Source: an uncultured Thiotrichales bacterium (lineage in GTDB: Bacteria > Pseudomonadota > Gammaproteobacteria > CAZUMV01). From it: 41,064 bases of DNA. Both the position numbers and the translations under genes were made by a program. The notes under the pieces are model-generated. The model did not search any database. It was not told where the DNA came from and worked only from the letters and a program-made list of their open reading frames with translations. Shown here piece after piece: positions 1 through 8,186 of this stretch (the stretch's first letter is position 1; each line of letters begins with the position of its first letter). The stretch lies in NCBI GenBank assembly GCA_964621435.1, contig CAZUMV010000004.1:1-41064 (forward strand), written 5' to 3'.

Positions 1-441
1 CTATTTGAATTTGTTTTCCGCTCCGTTGCCGCACAATGGCTCGAATCATTGACCGCCGCAACTGCCGGTAAGGTGGGATACGAAGCAATTGTTGCGGCAA
101 TAGATGCGCACTATCAATATTGCGCCGACACCCCCTTCTACTTCTCGGCGTTTTATACGCTATGGTTCGAGTCGATCGGGCCGGAATCAGTGTTGCAAGA
201 TTTGGTTAGCAATATTCATCAGCGGCGCGCCCGCGACGTGGCTGCATGGATAGAAGCCGGCATTCAAGAAAGTACTATTGACGCGGGCGTGGACGCCAAT
301 GAAGTCGCAAACTTTTTTTGCGCAATGATCGTCGGCATTGTGTACCAATGGCTACTCAACCCGAACGATCTAAATGCTATTGAAGCACTATATAACGACC
401 TTAAAAAAACCATGCACACAAAACTAGTTACGCCTAAGTAA
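1..441 (+). CDS. TetR/AcrR family transcriptional regulator, C-terminal part (5' truncated by window edge)
   Basis: Frame 1 is open from base 1 ([20 protein letters not shown]...). The helical sequence with '[39 protein letters not shown]' is typical of TetR ligand-binding domains. The HTH would lie upstream of the window. Confidence 0.7.
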   Translation, partial: LFEFVFRSVAAQWLESLTAATAGKVGYEAIVAAIDAHYQYCADTPFYFSAFYTLWFESIGPESVLQDLVSNIHQRRARDVAAWIEAGIQESTIDAGVDANEVANFFCAMIVGIVYQWLLNPNDLNAIEALYNDLKKTMHTKLVTPK

Positions 442-467
442 ACGGGCCCGATTCCTGGATAATTCTA

Positions 468-3400
468 ATGAGCAAAACATCACCAATCCCCGATTCTAAC
501 GAACAACGTATTCCACTGCGCTTCGTGACAGCCTCAAGCTTATTTGACGGTCACGATGCATCGATTAATATTATGCGGCGGATTTTACAATCCTCAGGCG
601 CAGAAGTTATTCACTTGGCCCATAACCGTTCGGTTGCCGAAGTAGTACAGGCGGCTTTACAGGAAGATGTTCAAGGCATCGCCATCAGCTCTTATCAAGG
701 CGGGCATGTCGAGTATTTCAAGTATATGGTTGACTGTTTGCGCGAAGCAGGTGCAGATCACATCCGGGTCTTTGGCGGCGGCGGCGGCGTTATTGTCAAG
801 TCTGAAATTGATGATCTGGAAGCACACGGTGTCGAGCGTATTTATTCTCCACATGCCGGACAATCACTTGGTCTGCAAGGAATGATCGACGACATGCTCG
901 AGCGTTCCAGCGGACAAACGCCTGGCAATGTTATTGAAAGTTTCAAAGATGCCGGGCGCATTCGCTTGGCGCGGCAGATTACCGCCATTGAACGCGGTGA
1001 AGTGAGTGATGCGGAACTCCAAAAATTACGTCAGGCCGCCGACAAAGTCAGTGCAAATGTACCCGTTCTTGGTATTACAGGAACTGGTGGCGCCGGCAAA
1101 TCCTCACTAACCGACGAACTGATAAGGCGATTCAGGCTCGACAGCAATGACGACATAAAAATTGCCATTCTCGCAATCGATCCAACCCGCCGAAAAACAG
1201 GTGGTGCATTACTTGGCGACCGGATTCGTATGAACGCAATCTATAACGACAACATTTATATGCGCTCGATTGGTACCCGCTCATCTGTGGGCGAGGTACC
1301 CGATTATCTCAACGACATTATTTGCGCGACACGCTTGGGCGATTTTGATCTGGTTATTGTAGAAACACCAGGTATCGGGCAAGGCGACGCCGGAATCGTC
1401 TCCTATGTCGATGTGCCCATGTACGTCATGACGCCAGAATTTGGCGCCCAAACACAACTCGAGAAAATCGACATGCTCGATTATGCCGAAGTTGTCGTGA
1501 TTAATAAATTTGACCGTGCTGGCGCAGATGACGCCTATCGCGATGTCTGCAAACAAATGCAACGTAACACCGAAGCGTGGACAGAAGACCCTGAAAGCAT
1601 GCCGGTTTTTGGGACGATTGCCTCACGCTTCAATGACGATGGCGTCACTGCCGCGTACCAAACATTACTCGTCAAACTTCGAGCGAAAGGTTTACGAAAT
1701 TATGATAGCGCGCTACCTGCACTTAGTATAAGAAAGTCATCCGACCAGACCATCATTGTACCAACCAAAAGACGGAGATATCTTGCCGAAATTGCAGATA
1801 CTATTCGCGGCTACCATGAAAGAGTTATCAAGCAATCCGGACTAGCCAGAGAGCTACAACAACTTGTGGCAACCACTAAAATGCTAAGCGCTAGCGGCAA
1901 GAACGAACCCAACGATATTCAAACCTTGATTGAAGATCGCGATAATCATCTGGAGAACAATACTCGCCTGCAACTGGAACAGTGGCCCGAAACCAAAAGT
2001 TCTTATCAGGGAGAGCAACAAGAAATCACGCTTGCGAATGGAAAAACCATTAGCAATGCACTCACTCGAAAAAGTTTGTCAGGGAGTCTTATTCCGAGAG
2101 TTGCACTACCCGACTATCAGGATGATGGTGAAGTTTTAAAGTTTCTAATGAAAGAAAACCTACCAGGCTTTTTCCCCTTCACCGCCGGTGTTTTTCCGTT
2201 CAAACGCGAAGGTGAAGATCCGGCGCGGATGTTTGCCGGCGAAGGCGATCCCTTCAGAACCAATCGACGCTTTAAAGCACTATCCGAACATAGTGATGCA
2301 AAACGATTGTCCACCGCATTTGACTCGGTAACGCTGTATGGCGCCGACCCCGATTTGAGACCGGACATTTACGGAAAAATCGGAAACTCCGGGGTGTCTA
2401 TTGCAACGCTGGATGATATGAAAGCGCTGTTTGACGGCTTTGACTTATGCAACCCGTCAACATCTGTTTCCATGACCATTAACGGTCCTGCTCCGACAAT
2501 TTTAGCTATGTTTTTTAATACTGCGATTGACCAACAAGTCGACAAATTTAATGCCGATAACGGGCGCGCACCAAATGAAAAAGAAATGTCGCAACTAAAA
2601 GCCGCTACACTTAAAGCCGTCCGCGGCACTGTGCAAGCCGACATCCTCAAGGAAGATCAAGGTCAAAACACCTGTATTTTTTCCACCGAATTCAGTTTGC
2701 GCATGATGGGCGATATTCAGCAGTACTTTATCAACAATGAAGTCCGAAACTTTTATTCCGTTTCTATTTCCGGATATCACATTGCGGAAGCCGGGGCTAA
2801 CCCGGTGTCACAACTTGCATTTACGCTCGCCAATGGTTTTACTTTCGTCGAAACTTATTTGGCCAGAGGCATGAACATTGATGACTTCGCACCAAATCTG
2901 TCGTTCTTTTTTTCCAATGGCATGGATCCTGAGTACACTGTACTTGGACGAGTCGCCAGACGTATTTGGGCAGTTACGATGCGCGAGAAATATGGCGCTA
3001 ACGAAAAAAGTCAAAAACTTAAATATCATATACAAACTTCCGGACGCTCACTGCATGCCCAGGAAATGAACTTCAACGATATCCGCACCACCTTACAGGC
3101 ACTGATTGCAATTTATGATAACTGCAATAGCCTGCACACCAACGCCTATGATGAAGCGATAACGACTCCCACTGAAGAATCTGTGCGACGTGCGATGGCG
3201 ATTCAGCTAATTATCAATAAGGAATGGGGTCTGGCCAAAAATGAAAATCCGAATCAGGGCGCTTATATCATCGATCAACTAACTGATCTGGTCGAGGAAG
3301 CTGTGATGCTGGAGTTCGAGCGTATATCTGACCGTGGCGGCGTTCTGGGCGCTATGGAAACAGGTTATCAACGCAGCGTGATTCAGGAAGAATCTCTCTA

Positions 3401-3719
3401 CTACGAACATAAAAAACATGACGGCAGTTTACCAATCGTCGGGGTCAATACTTTTTTGGGCGAAGATAATCAGGTCCAGGCTGAAATTGAACTAGCACGC
3501 TCTACAGAATCAGAAAAGCAGAATCAGCTAGATCGATTAAAGTCTTTCCATGACGAACATAGCGACAATTCGAAAGCTACTTTAGCGGCACTAAAGGACA
3601 CCATTATTCGCAACGAAAATGGCTTTGAAGCCTTGATGGATGCAGTACGGCATTGCTCTCTTGGCGAGATTACCGACTTATTCTTCGAAGTTGGCGGCCA
3701 ATACCGGCGTAGTATGTAA
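468..3719 (+). CDS. icmF: Fused isobutyryl-CoA mutase / MeaB-like GTPase metallochaperone (adenosylcobalamin-dependent)
   Basis: 1083 aa in IcmF domain order: N-terminal B12-binding domain ([23 protein letters not shown]), then G-protein domain ([22 protein letters not shown]), then mutase TIM barrel ([55 protein letters not shown]). Confidence 0.95.
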   Translation: MSKTSPIPDSNEQRIPLRFVTASSLFDGHDASINIMRRILQSSGAEVIHLAHNRSVAEVVQAALQEDVQGIAISSYQGGHVEYFKYMVDCLREAGADHIRVFGGGGGVIVKSEIDDLEAHGVERIYSPHAGQSLGLQGMIDDMLERSSGQTPGNVIESFKDAGRIRLARQITAIERGEVSDAELQKLRQAADKVSANVPVLGITGTGGAGKSSLTDELIRRFRLDSNDDIKIAILAIDPTRRKTGGALLGDRIRMNAIYNDNIYMRSIGTRSSVGEVPDYLNDIICATRLGDFDLVIVETPGIGQGDAGIVSYVDVPMYVMTPEFGAQTQLEKIDMLDYAEVVVINKFDRAGADDAYRDVCKQMQRNTEAWTEDPESMPVFGTIASRFNDDGVTAAYQTLLVKLRAKGLRNYDSALPALSIRKSSDQTIIVPTKRRRYLAEIADTIRGYHERVIKQSGLARELQQLVATTKMLSASGKNEPNDIQTLIEDRDNHLENNTRLQLEQWPETKSSYQGEQQEITLANGKTISNALTRKSLSGSLIPRVALPDYQDDGEVLKFLMKENLPGFFPFTAGVFPFKREGEDPARMFAGEGDPFRTNRRFKALSEHSDAKRLSTAFDSVTLYGADPDLRPDIYGKIGNSGVSIATLDDMKALFDGFDLCNPSTSVSMTINGPAPTILAMFFNTAIDQQVDKFNADNGRAPNEKEMSQLKAATLKAVRGTVQADILKEDQGQNTCIFSTEFSLRMMGDIQQYFINNEVRNFYSVSISGYHIAEAGANPVSQLAFTLANGFTFVETYLARGMNIDDFAPNLSFFFSNGMDPEYTVLGRVARRIWAVTMREKYGANEKSQKLKYHIQTSGRSLHAQEMNFNDIRTTLQALIAIYDNCNSLHTNAYDEAITTPTEESVRRAMAIQLIINKEWGLAKNENPNQGAYIIDQLTDLVEEAVMLEFERISDRGGVLGAMETGYQRSVIQEESLYYEHKKHDGSLPIVGVNTFLGEDNQVQAEIELARSTESEKQNQLDRLKSFHDEHSDNSKATLAALKDTIIRNENGFEALMDAVRHCSLGEITDLFFEVGGQYRRSM

Positions 3720-3734
3720 GCCATCTGATTCTAC

Positions 3735-3920
3735 GTGATGACTCCAATGAAAGAATCGCCTTGTGTGAACGTTTGCGAACTAAACCAGGATAATATCTGT
3801 ACTGGCTGCTTTCGGACCATCACGGAGATAAGCCAATGGAGCCAAATGTCGAACCAACGAAGACAAGAAATATTGGAGAAATGCCAACAACGGCAAAGCG
3901 CAATAATTTCGGAAAGATAA
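3735..3920 (+). CDS. DUF1289 family small Cys-rich (putative metal/Fe-S binding) protein
   Basis: The motif SPCVNVC-x7-CTGCFRTITEISQW matches the DUF1289 pattern. It starts 15 nt after the icmF stop. The exact start codon (3735, 3738 or 3747) is uncertain. Confidence 0.85.
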   Translation: MMTPMKESPCVNVCELNQDNICTGCFRTITEISQWSQMSNQRRQEILEKCQQRQSAIISER

Positions 3921-4033
3921 GTCCGAAATGTTAAGTTCCCGGCCGTTTATTATCCATCTAGGTTAAAAATTGTTACACCAAATGACCTATTAAACTGCGA
4001 TGTGTAAGCTCTTAATTGTTGAATTAATCTTAT

Positions 4034-5011
4034 GTGCGCGACATGCGAAACCCGACTCGGGTAATGATAGTAGATGATGATCAGGATTTCGTAAACATTC
4101 TCCGTCGCGACTTGCTAGACGACTCAGGCAGTTCCTACGAAATCGATTCCGTTTCAACCCTGCAAGATGGTATTTCCGAGATCCGGAAAGGTCAACACGA
4201 CATATACCTGCTTGATTACGAACTCGAAAACGGTGATACCGGCGATACGCTGGTTGCAGAAGCTAACGACCTTATGCGCACAACTGTCATGATTTCCGGC
4301 TATCAGGACGAGACCTTGGGCGATCGAATGATTAATGCCGGCGCCAATGATTTTTTATCCAAAGAACATATTAACGGCGCACTTCTGGATCGGGTAATTA
4401 GAAACGCATTGGGGCGACGGCAAAGATTGCAGGAACTGCTCGAACAACAAAAAGAAATAACCAGAAAATTGAGTTTTGACCCGCTTACCGGGCTGCTTGG
4501 CCGAATTAGATTACAAGAACACGTCGAGCATCATTTAGCTTCTGGCAACCCCGATGGCGCCTTGTTATACATTGATCTGGACGGGTTTAAACCTATTAAT
4601 GATCTGTATCAACATGCCGCAGGTGACTACGTATTACAGCAAGTTGCGTCGCGCCTGATTGAGTGCCTGAAACCCAATGACATTGTCGGCAGGATTGGTG
4701 GCGACGAGTTTATAATATTCTTGGGGTTCGACCCGGGGGTAAATCACCCTGCTAGAATTGCTGCCACCATCAGTCGCAAGGTTCTCACCTCGATTGCCAA
4801 TCCGTACCTGTTACCTGACACATCTGATCATCAAAATGTCGTCGTTTCGCTGAGTGCAAGTATCGGCATTGCGCTGGTTCCATCTGACGGTAGTCGTTAC
4901 GAAGATCTGGTCTCTTGCGCAGATAAAGCGATGTATCGCGCCAAAACTCAAGGTAAGAACGACTTTTGTTTTTATCAAAATATTGAACTGGAAGTTGACT
5001 ACGCGGAGTAA
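4034..5011 (+). CDS. Response regulator receiver + GGDEF diguanylate cyclase
   Basis: REC domain: VMIVDDD, YLLDY (phospho-Asp), VMISG, FLSK. GGDEF domain: DPLTGL, YIDLDGFKPIND, GRIGGDEF, SIGIA, ADKAMYRAKTQGKN. The start may be ATG 4043. Confidence 0.92.
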   Translation: MRDMRNPTRVMIVDDDQDFVNILRRDLLDDSGSSYEIDSVSTLQDGISEIRKGQHDIYLLDYELENGDTGDTLVAEANDLMRTTVMISGYQDETLGDRMINAGANDFLSKEHINGALLDRVIRNALGRRQRLQELLEQQKEITRKLSFDPLTGLLGRIRLQEHVEHHLASGNPDGALLYIDLDGFKPINDLYQHAAGDYVLQQVASRLIECLKPNDIVGRIGGDEFIIFLGFDPGVNHPARIAATISRKVLTSIANPYLLPDTSDHQNVVVSLSASIGIALVPSDGSRYEDLVSCADKAMYRAKTQGKNDFCFYQNIELEVDYAE

Positions 5012-5032
5012 CACTCTGCAAATCCAACGGTG

Positions 5033-6190
5033 TTAAACACTATTTTTTGAGCTTCTGATTTTACTTTCGATCTCATAGATTGCCTGTAAACAATCGGCAC
5101 CAAGCTGCTGACTCCGCGCTATCGACCAACCCTGCTCTTCATCCGGTTTATTGGCGTTGTCCTTGAAAGGCATTTCCAAAGTCATTGCCAGACAATTAAA
5201 AGTCTCGGCCAGAAAGTTGCTGCACAAACCCATGTTGGCCGTACCGGGTAAATTCACAGGGTAACCGTATTTGGTTTGAAAGTGTCGATTGGTCATTGTT
5301 AGAGCACTTTTATAGGCATCCAATAACGCAGCGCTATTTTTTGAAAAACCTGGCACCCCTTCGGTACCCGCAATAAATACGTACGGCAAGGCCTCGTCGC
5401 CATGAACATCCATGGCAAAGTCGACGCCAGTCTTCCGCATTTCATCCAACACATGAAAAACTTCCGGACTGTTTTCGACAGTGCTTTTATCCCATTCCCG
5501 ATTTAAATTTACGCCCGCGGCATTGGTACGCAAATGCCCCCGTTTACTACCATCAGGGTTCATATTAGGTACTATCTTGAATACGCCGCGCTTAAGCAGC
5601 GATTGCGCGACCTCGTCACCCGGATCAAGCAAGCGCGCAATAAACCCCTCCATCCACCATTCGGCCATGGTTTCACCAGGGTGTTGACGGGCAGTCAACC
5701 AGTACGTGAGTTTTCCCGCCGCTGGCACTCCAATGGTGAGTAAATCGATACTTTGTCCATCTAATGTAGAACCTAGCGTCGATACCTTCGCGCTTGAAGC
5801 TGCCTTTGCTCTCGCCACCAGCTCCCGATGCCTTGCCATGGAGTATGGTGGAAAGTAGGCGTAGTAAGTCAGATCTTCTTTGGGGCTGTGCTTAATAACC
5901 AGAACGCCATCAACGTAATCTGTATCGACTCGAAACCAGTTTTCGTTATCATAGGAGACGCAGGCACGGTAACCCTCCCAGCCTTGCACGTAGGCGCATT
6001 CCTGCGCGTTGTTGATATACATGCAGCGCGACTGCTGGGCCAGGTCCTTGACCTCAAAGTAAAACCATTGCATAAATGCGGAGTTATTGTCCGTGGCAAT
6101 ACGCAACTGGATATCGTCAGCGCTCGCGGCGCTATCACAAATAATATTGCCGCCATCAAAATCTGACTTGATAACTATGGAATCACCCAA
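5033..6190 (-). CDS. M14 family zinc carboxypeptidase (cytosolic carboxypeptidase/Nna1-like)
   Basis: N-terminal beta domain (SDFDGGNI, QWFYF, YYAYFPPYS). Zinc motifs RQHPGE and DVHGDE, plus NPDG, GHLRTNAAGVNLNREW and TLEMPF. TTG start preceded by SD GAGGTG; no signal peptide. Confidence 0.9.
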   Translation of the reverse strand: MGDSIVIKSDFDGGNIICDSAASADDIQLRIATDNNSAFMQWFYFEVKDLAQQSRCMYINNAQECAYVQGWEGYRACVSYDNENWFRVDTDYVDGVLVIKHSPKEDLTYYAYFPPYSMARHRELVARAKAASSAKVSTLGSTLDGQSIDLLTIGVPAAGKLTYWLTARQHPGETMAEWWMEGFIARLLDPGDEVAQSLLKRGVFKIVPNMNPDGSKRGHLRTNAAGVNLNREWDKSTVENSPEVFHVLDEMRKTGVDFAMDVHGDEALPYVFIAGTEGVPGFSKNSAALLDAYKSALTMTNRHFQTKYGYPVNLPGTANMGLCSNFLAETFNCLAMTLEMPFKDNANKPDEEQGWSIARSQQLGADCLQAIYEIESKIRSSKNSV

Positions 6191-6229
6191 CTCTCACCTC
6201 TTTCTTGAAAAATACCCGTGATGTAATAG

Positions 6230-7906
6230 CTAGCGCCATTCATCGTTACCAAAAACTTGCTCGCCATTAACAAAGGTTGCTAGCACTGCAATATTCCGGA
6301 TCTGGCTACTTTCCACACGCCGTGGATCATTATCCAGAATAATAAAATCTGCTTGCTTGCCGGGTAACAGCGTCCCGGTATTCTGTTCATCAAATACCGC
6401 ATACGCATTACTTGATGTATATGCCGTCAAGGCCTCTGTTACGCTTATTTTCTCCAAGGGCTGCCAGCCATCCGGGTTTTCATCATCAATAGTACGCCGG
6501 GTGACCGCTGCGAAGACGCCAGCCAAGGGTGATAATGGTGCTACCGGCCAATCGGACCCGAAGGTCAAAATCCCCCCGACGTCGAGAATAGTTCGAAACG
6601 CATAGGTGGTTTTTATACGTTCTGCACCGATTCTCTTTTCCGCCCACCGTCCATCGTCAATAGCGTGGTACGGTTGCATCGAAGCAATTACGCCGCTTTC
6701 GGCTGCTGTATTTATAGCGGTCCGCGAAGGATGCTGAAAATGCTCGATTCTAAAACGGTGATCCTTGATCTTGTCGCCAGCGATCGTTTTAAAACCGGAT
6801 AGAGTCGAGTCAATTGCCTTATCGCCAATGGCGTGTATCGCGAGTTTTAATTTCAAACCTTCCGCAGTGGCCATCAATTGGGTGAATTCTTCCGGGTCCT
6901 GCAAGGGAAATCCTCGATTGTCCGGTTTATCGGTAAACGGTTCATAGAACCATGCAGTTGATGAGCCCAAAGAACCGTCAACTAAACCTTTAACCCCACC
7001 CCAGCGAAGTTTGTCTGTAAAGCTCTCGTTCTTTAGTTTATTCGCTGCGGTATGTAGATCTTCTATTGGCGTGTAAACCATAGCTCGAATTTTCAGCACG
7101 CCAGCGCGTTGCGCCAATTGAAAAATTTCCAACATGTTGGTTTCAGATGGATACGCGGTCATCGCATGTATCTGGGTCAAACCAACCGAGAACGCATGTT
7201 GCTGCGCCAATGCAAACGCCTCGAGATTTTCTTCATCGGAAGGTTCCGGAACGACCCTTAACACCAACTCCATCGCGTTGTCTTTCAAGATACCGGTCGG
7301 CTGGCCGTTTTCATCTTTAACAATTTCGCCTCCCGCGGGTGACGGTGTATTTTCATCTATACCCGCCAACTGTAAGGCCAATGAATTTGCCAATGCCATG
7401 TGACCGTCAAGCCTGGCTACAAACGTCGGGTTTTTTGAAGTGGACACATCTATCCAGTCTTTTCGAGGTAGCTCACCACCCCACCACTCATGGTCCCAGT
7501 TACCAGTTAAAATCCACCGACCAGGTTTTGCTTTACTCGCAAAAGCCGCGATCCGTTTTTTAAATTCGTCTTGAGTGGTAGCATCACGTAACTCTACGCT
7601 GGCGAGTGACATACCACCTTCGATAAAATGGACGTGATTATCAATAAACCCGGGCATCACGAATCGGCCACCCAAATCTATTGTTTTCGCCGCGACCACA
7701 TCCACTGGATCAACCAGGCGGCCACCTCTAACCGCGATAGACGAAAGATCGGCCGCATTATCACGACCGGTCCAGATAACACCATTTACATAAAGCGTAT
7801 CTACTTGTCTTATTCTATCAATCTCTGCAGTAGCGGGCTGTGCTAGCTCATCGGCTACACATGCAGTTAAAAGCACACCAAGAACCGCGATTACAAACGG
7901 TTTCAT
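6230..7906 (-). CDS. YtcJ-like metal-dependent amidohydrolase (Amidohydro_3), predicted lipoprotein
   Basis: Motifs PGFIDNHVH, DGHMALANS, HAIGD, RIEH, FGSDWPV and GKQADFIILD. Signal peptide with lipobox LTAC. SD AGGAG upstream. Confidence 0.9.
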   Translation of the reverse strand: MKPFVIAVLGVLLTACVADELAQPATAEIDRIRQVDTLYVNGVIWTGRDNAADLSSIAVRGGRLVDPVDVVAAKTIDLGGRFVMPGFIDNHVHFIEGGMSLASVELRDATTQDEFKKRIAAFASKAKPGRWILTGNWDHEWWGGELPRKDWIDVSTSKNPTFVARLDGHMALANSLALQLAGIDENTPSPAGGEIVKDENGQPTGILKDNAMELVLRVVPEPSDEENLEAFALAQQHAFSVGLTQIHAMTAYPSETNMLEIFQLAQRAGVLKIRAMVYTPIEDLHTAANKLKNESFTDKLRWGGVKGLVDGSLGSSTAWFYEPFTDKPDNRGFPLQDPEEFTQLMATAEGLKLKLAIHAIGDKAIDSTLSGFKTIAGDKIKDHRFRIEHFQHPSRTAINTAAESGVIASMQPYHAIDDGRWAEKRIGAERIKTTYAFRTILDVGGILTFGSDWPVAPLSPLAGVFAAVTRRTIDDENPDGWQPLEKISVTEALTAYTSSNAYAVFDEQNTGTLLPGKQADFIILDNDPRRVESSQIRNIAVLATFVNGEQVFGNDEWR

Positions 7907-7921
7907 ATAACATCTCCTGAA

Positions 7922-8113
7922 TTAAGTACCATCGGGATTCAACGTCGTGGCGCGTTTTTTCTCGTGATACGCAGACACATCACCATATTTCTGTTCCCAC
8001 TTATACAAGGCCTGATCGTAATAATCATAAATACATGGCACACAACCGCTGCCGCAACATGAGTCAGGCTCAGGCGGTACGGGTGGTGGCGGTATTTTAT
8101 CGAAGTCATGCAT
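7922..8113 (-). CDS. Small 'oxidoreductase-like N-terminal' domain protein (CCxxGCxxC)
   Basis: PPPVPPEPDSCCGSGCVPCIYDYYDQALYKWE matches the Oxidored-like family pattern. Its stop lies 15 nt before the amidohydrolase start. Confidence 0.8.
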   Translation of the reverse strand: MHDFDKIPPPPVPPEPDSCCGSGCVPCIYDYYDQALYKWEQKYGDVSAYHEKKRATTLNPDGT

Positions 8114-8119
8114 AAATAC

Positions 8120-8125
8120 AGTATA
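8120..8125 (-). promoter_or_regulatory. Putative sigma70 -10 element (TATACT) placed for leaderless transcription of the small Cys-rich gene
   Basis: Minus strand reads gcgtTATACTgtatttATG, with 6 nt between the -10 and the ATG and no SD. A TTGCGG (8145-8150) lies 19 nt upstream. Confidence 0.45.
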
Positions 8126-8136
8126 ACGCAGAACCT

Positions 8137-8173
8137 AAAAAACCCCGCAACCATCTAAGGTATACGGGGCTTT
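8137..8173 (-). terminator. Intrinsic terminator after the large Ig-repeat lipoprotein gene
   Basis: Minus strand reads AAAGCCCCGTATACCTTAGATGGTTGCGGGGTTTTTT: a GC stem followed by a U-tract, 13 nt after the stop codon. Confidence 0.8.
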
Positions 8174-8186
8174 CTTAAATTACCGG

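Noticed and set aside
442-467. Cobalamin riboswitch upstream of icmF
   Set aside because: The gap is only 26 nt, and no B12-box is visible here or in the other intergenic regions.
4012-4027. TTAATT-N4-AATTAA palindrome upstream of the GGDEF gene
   Set aside because: It is an AT-only symmetry in an AT-rich spacer and easily arises by chance.
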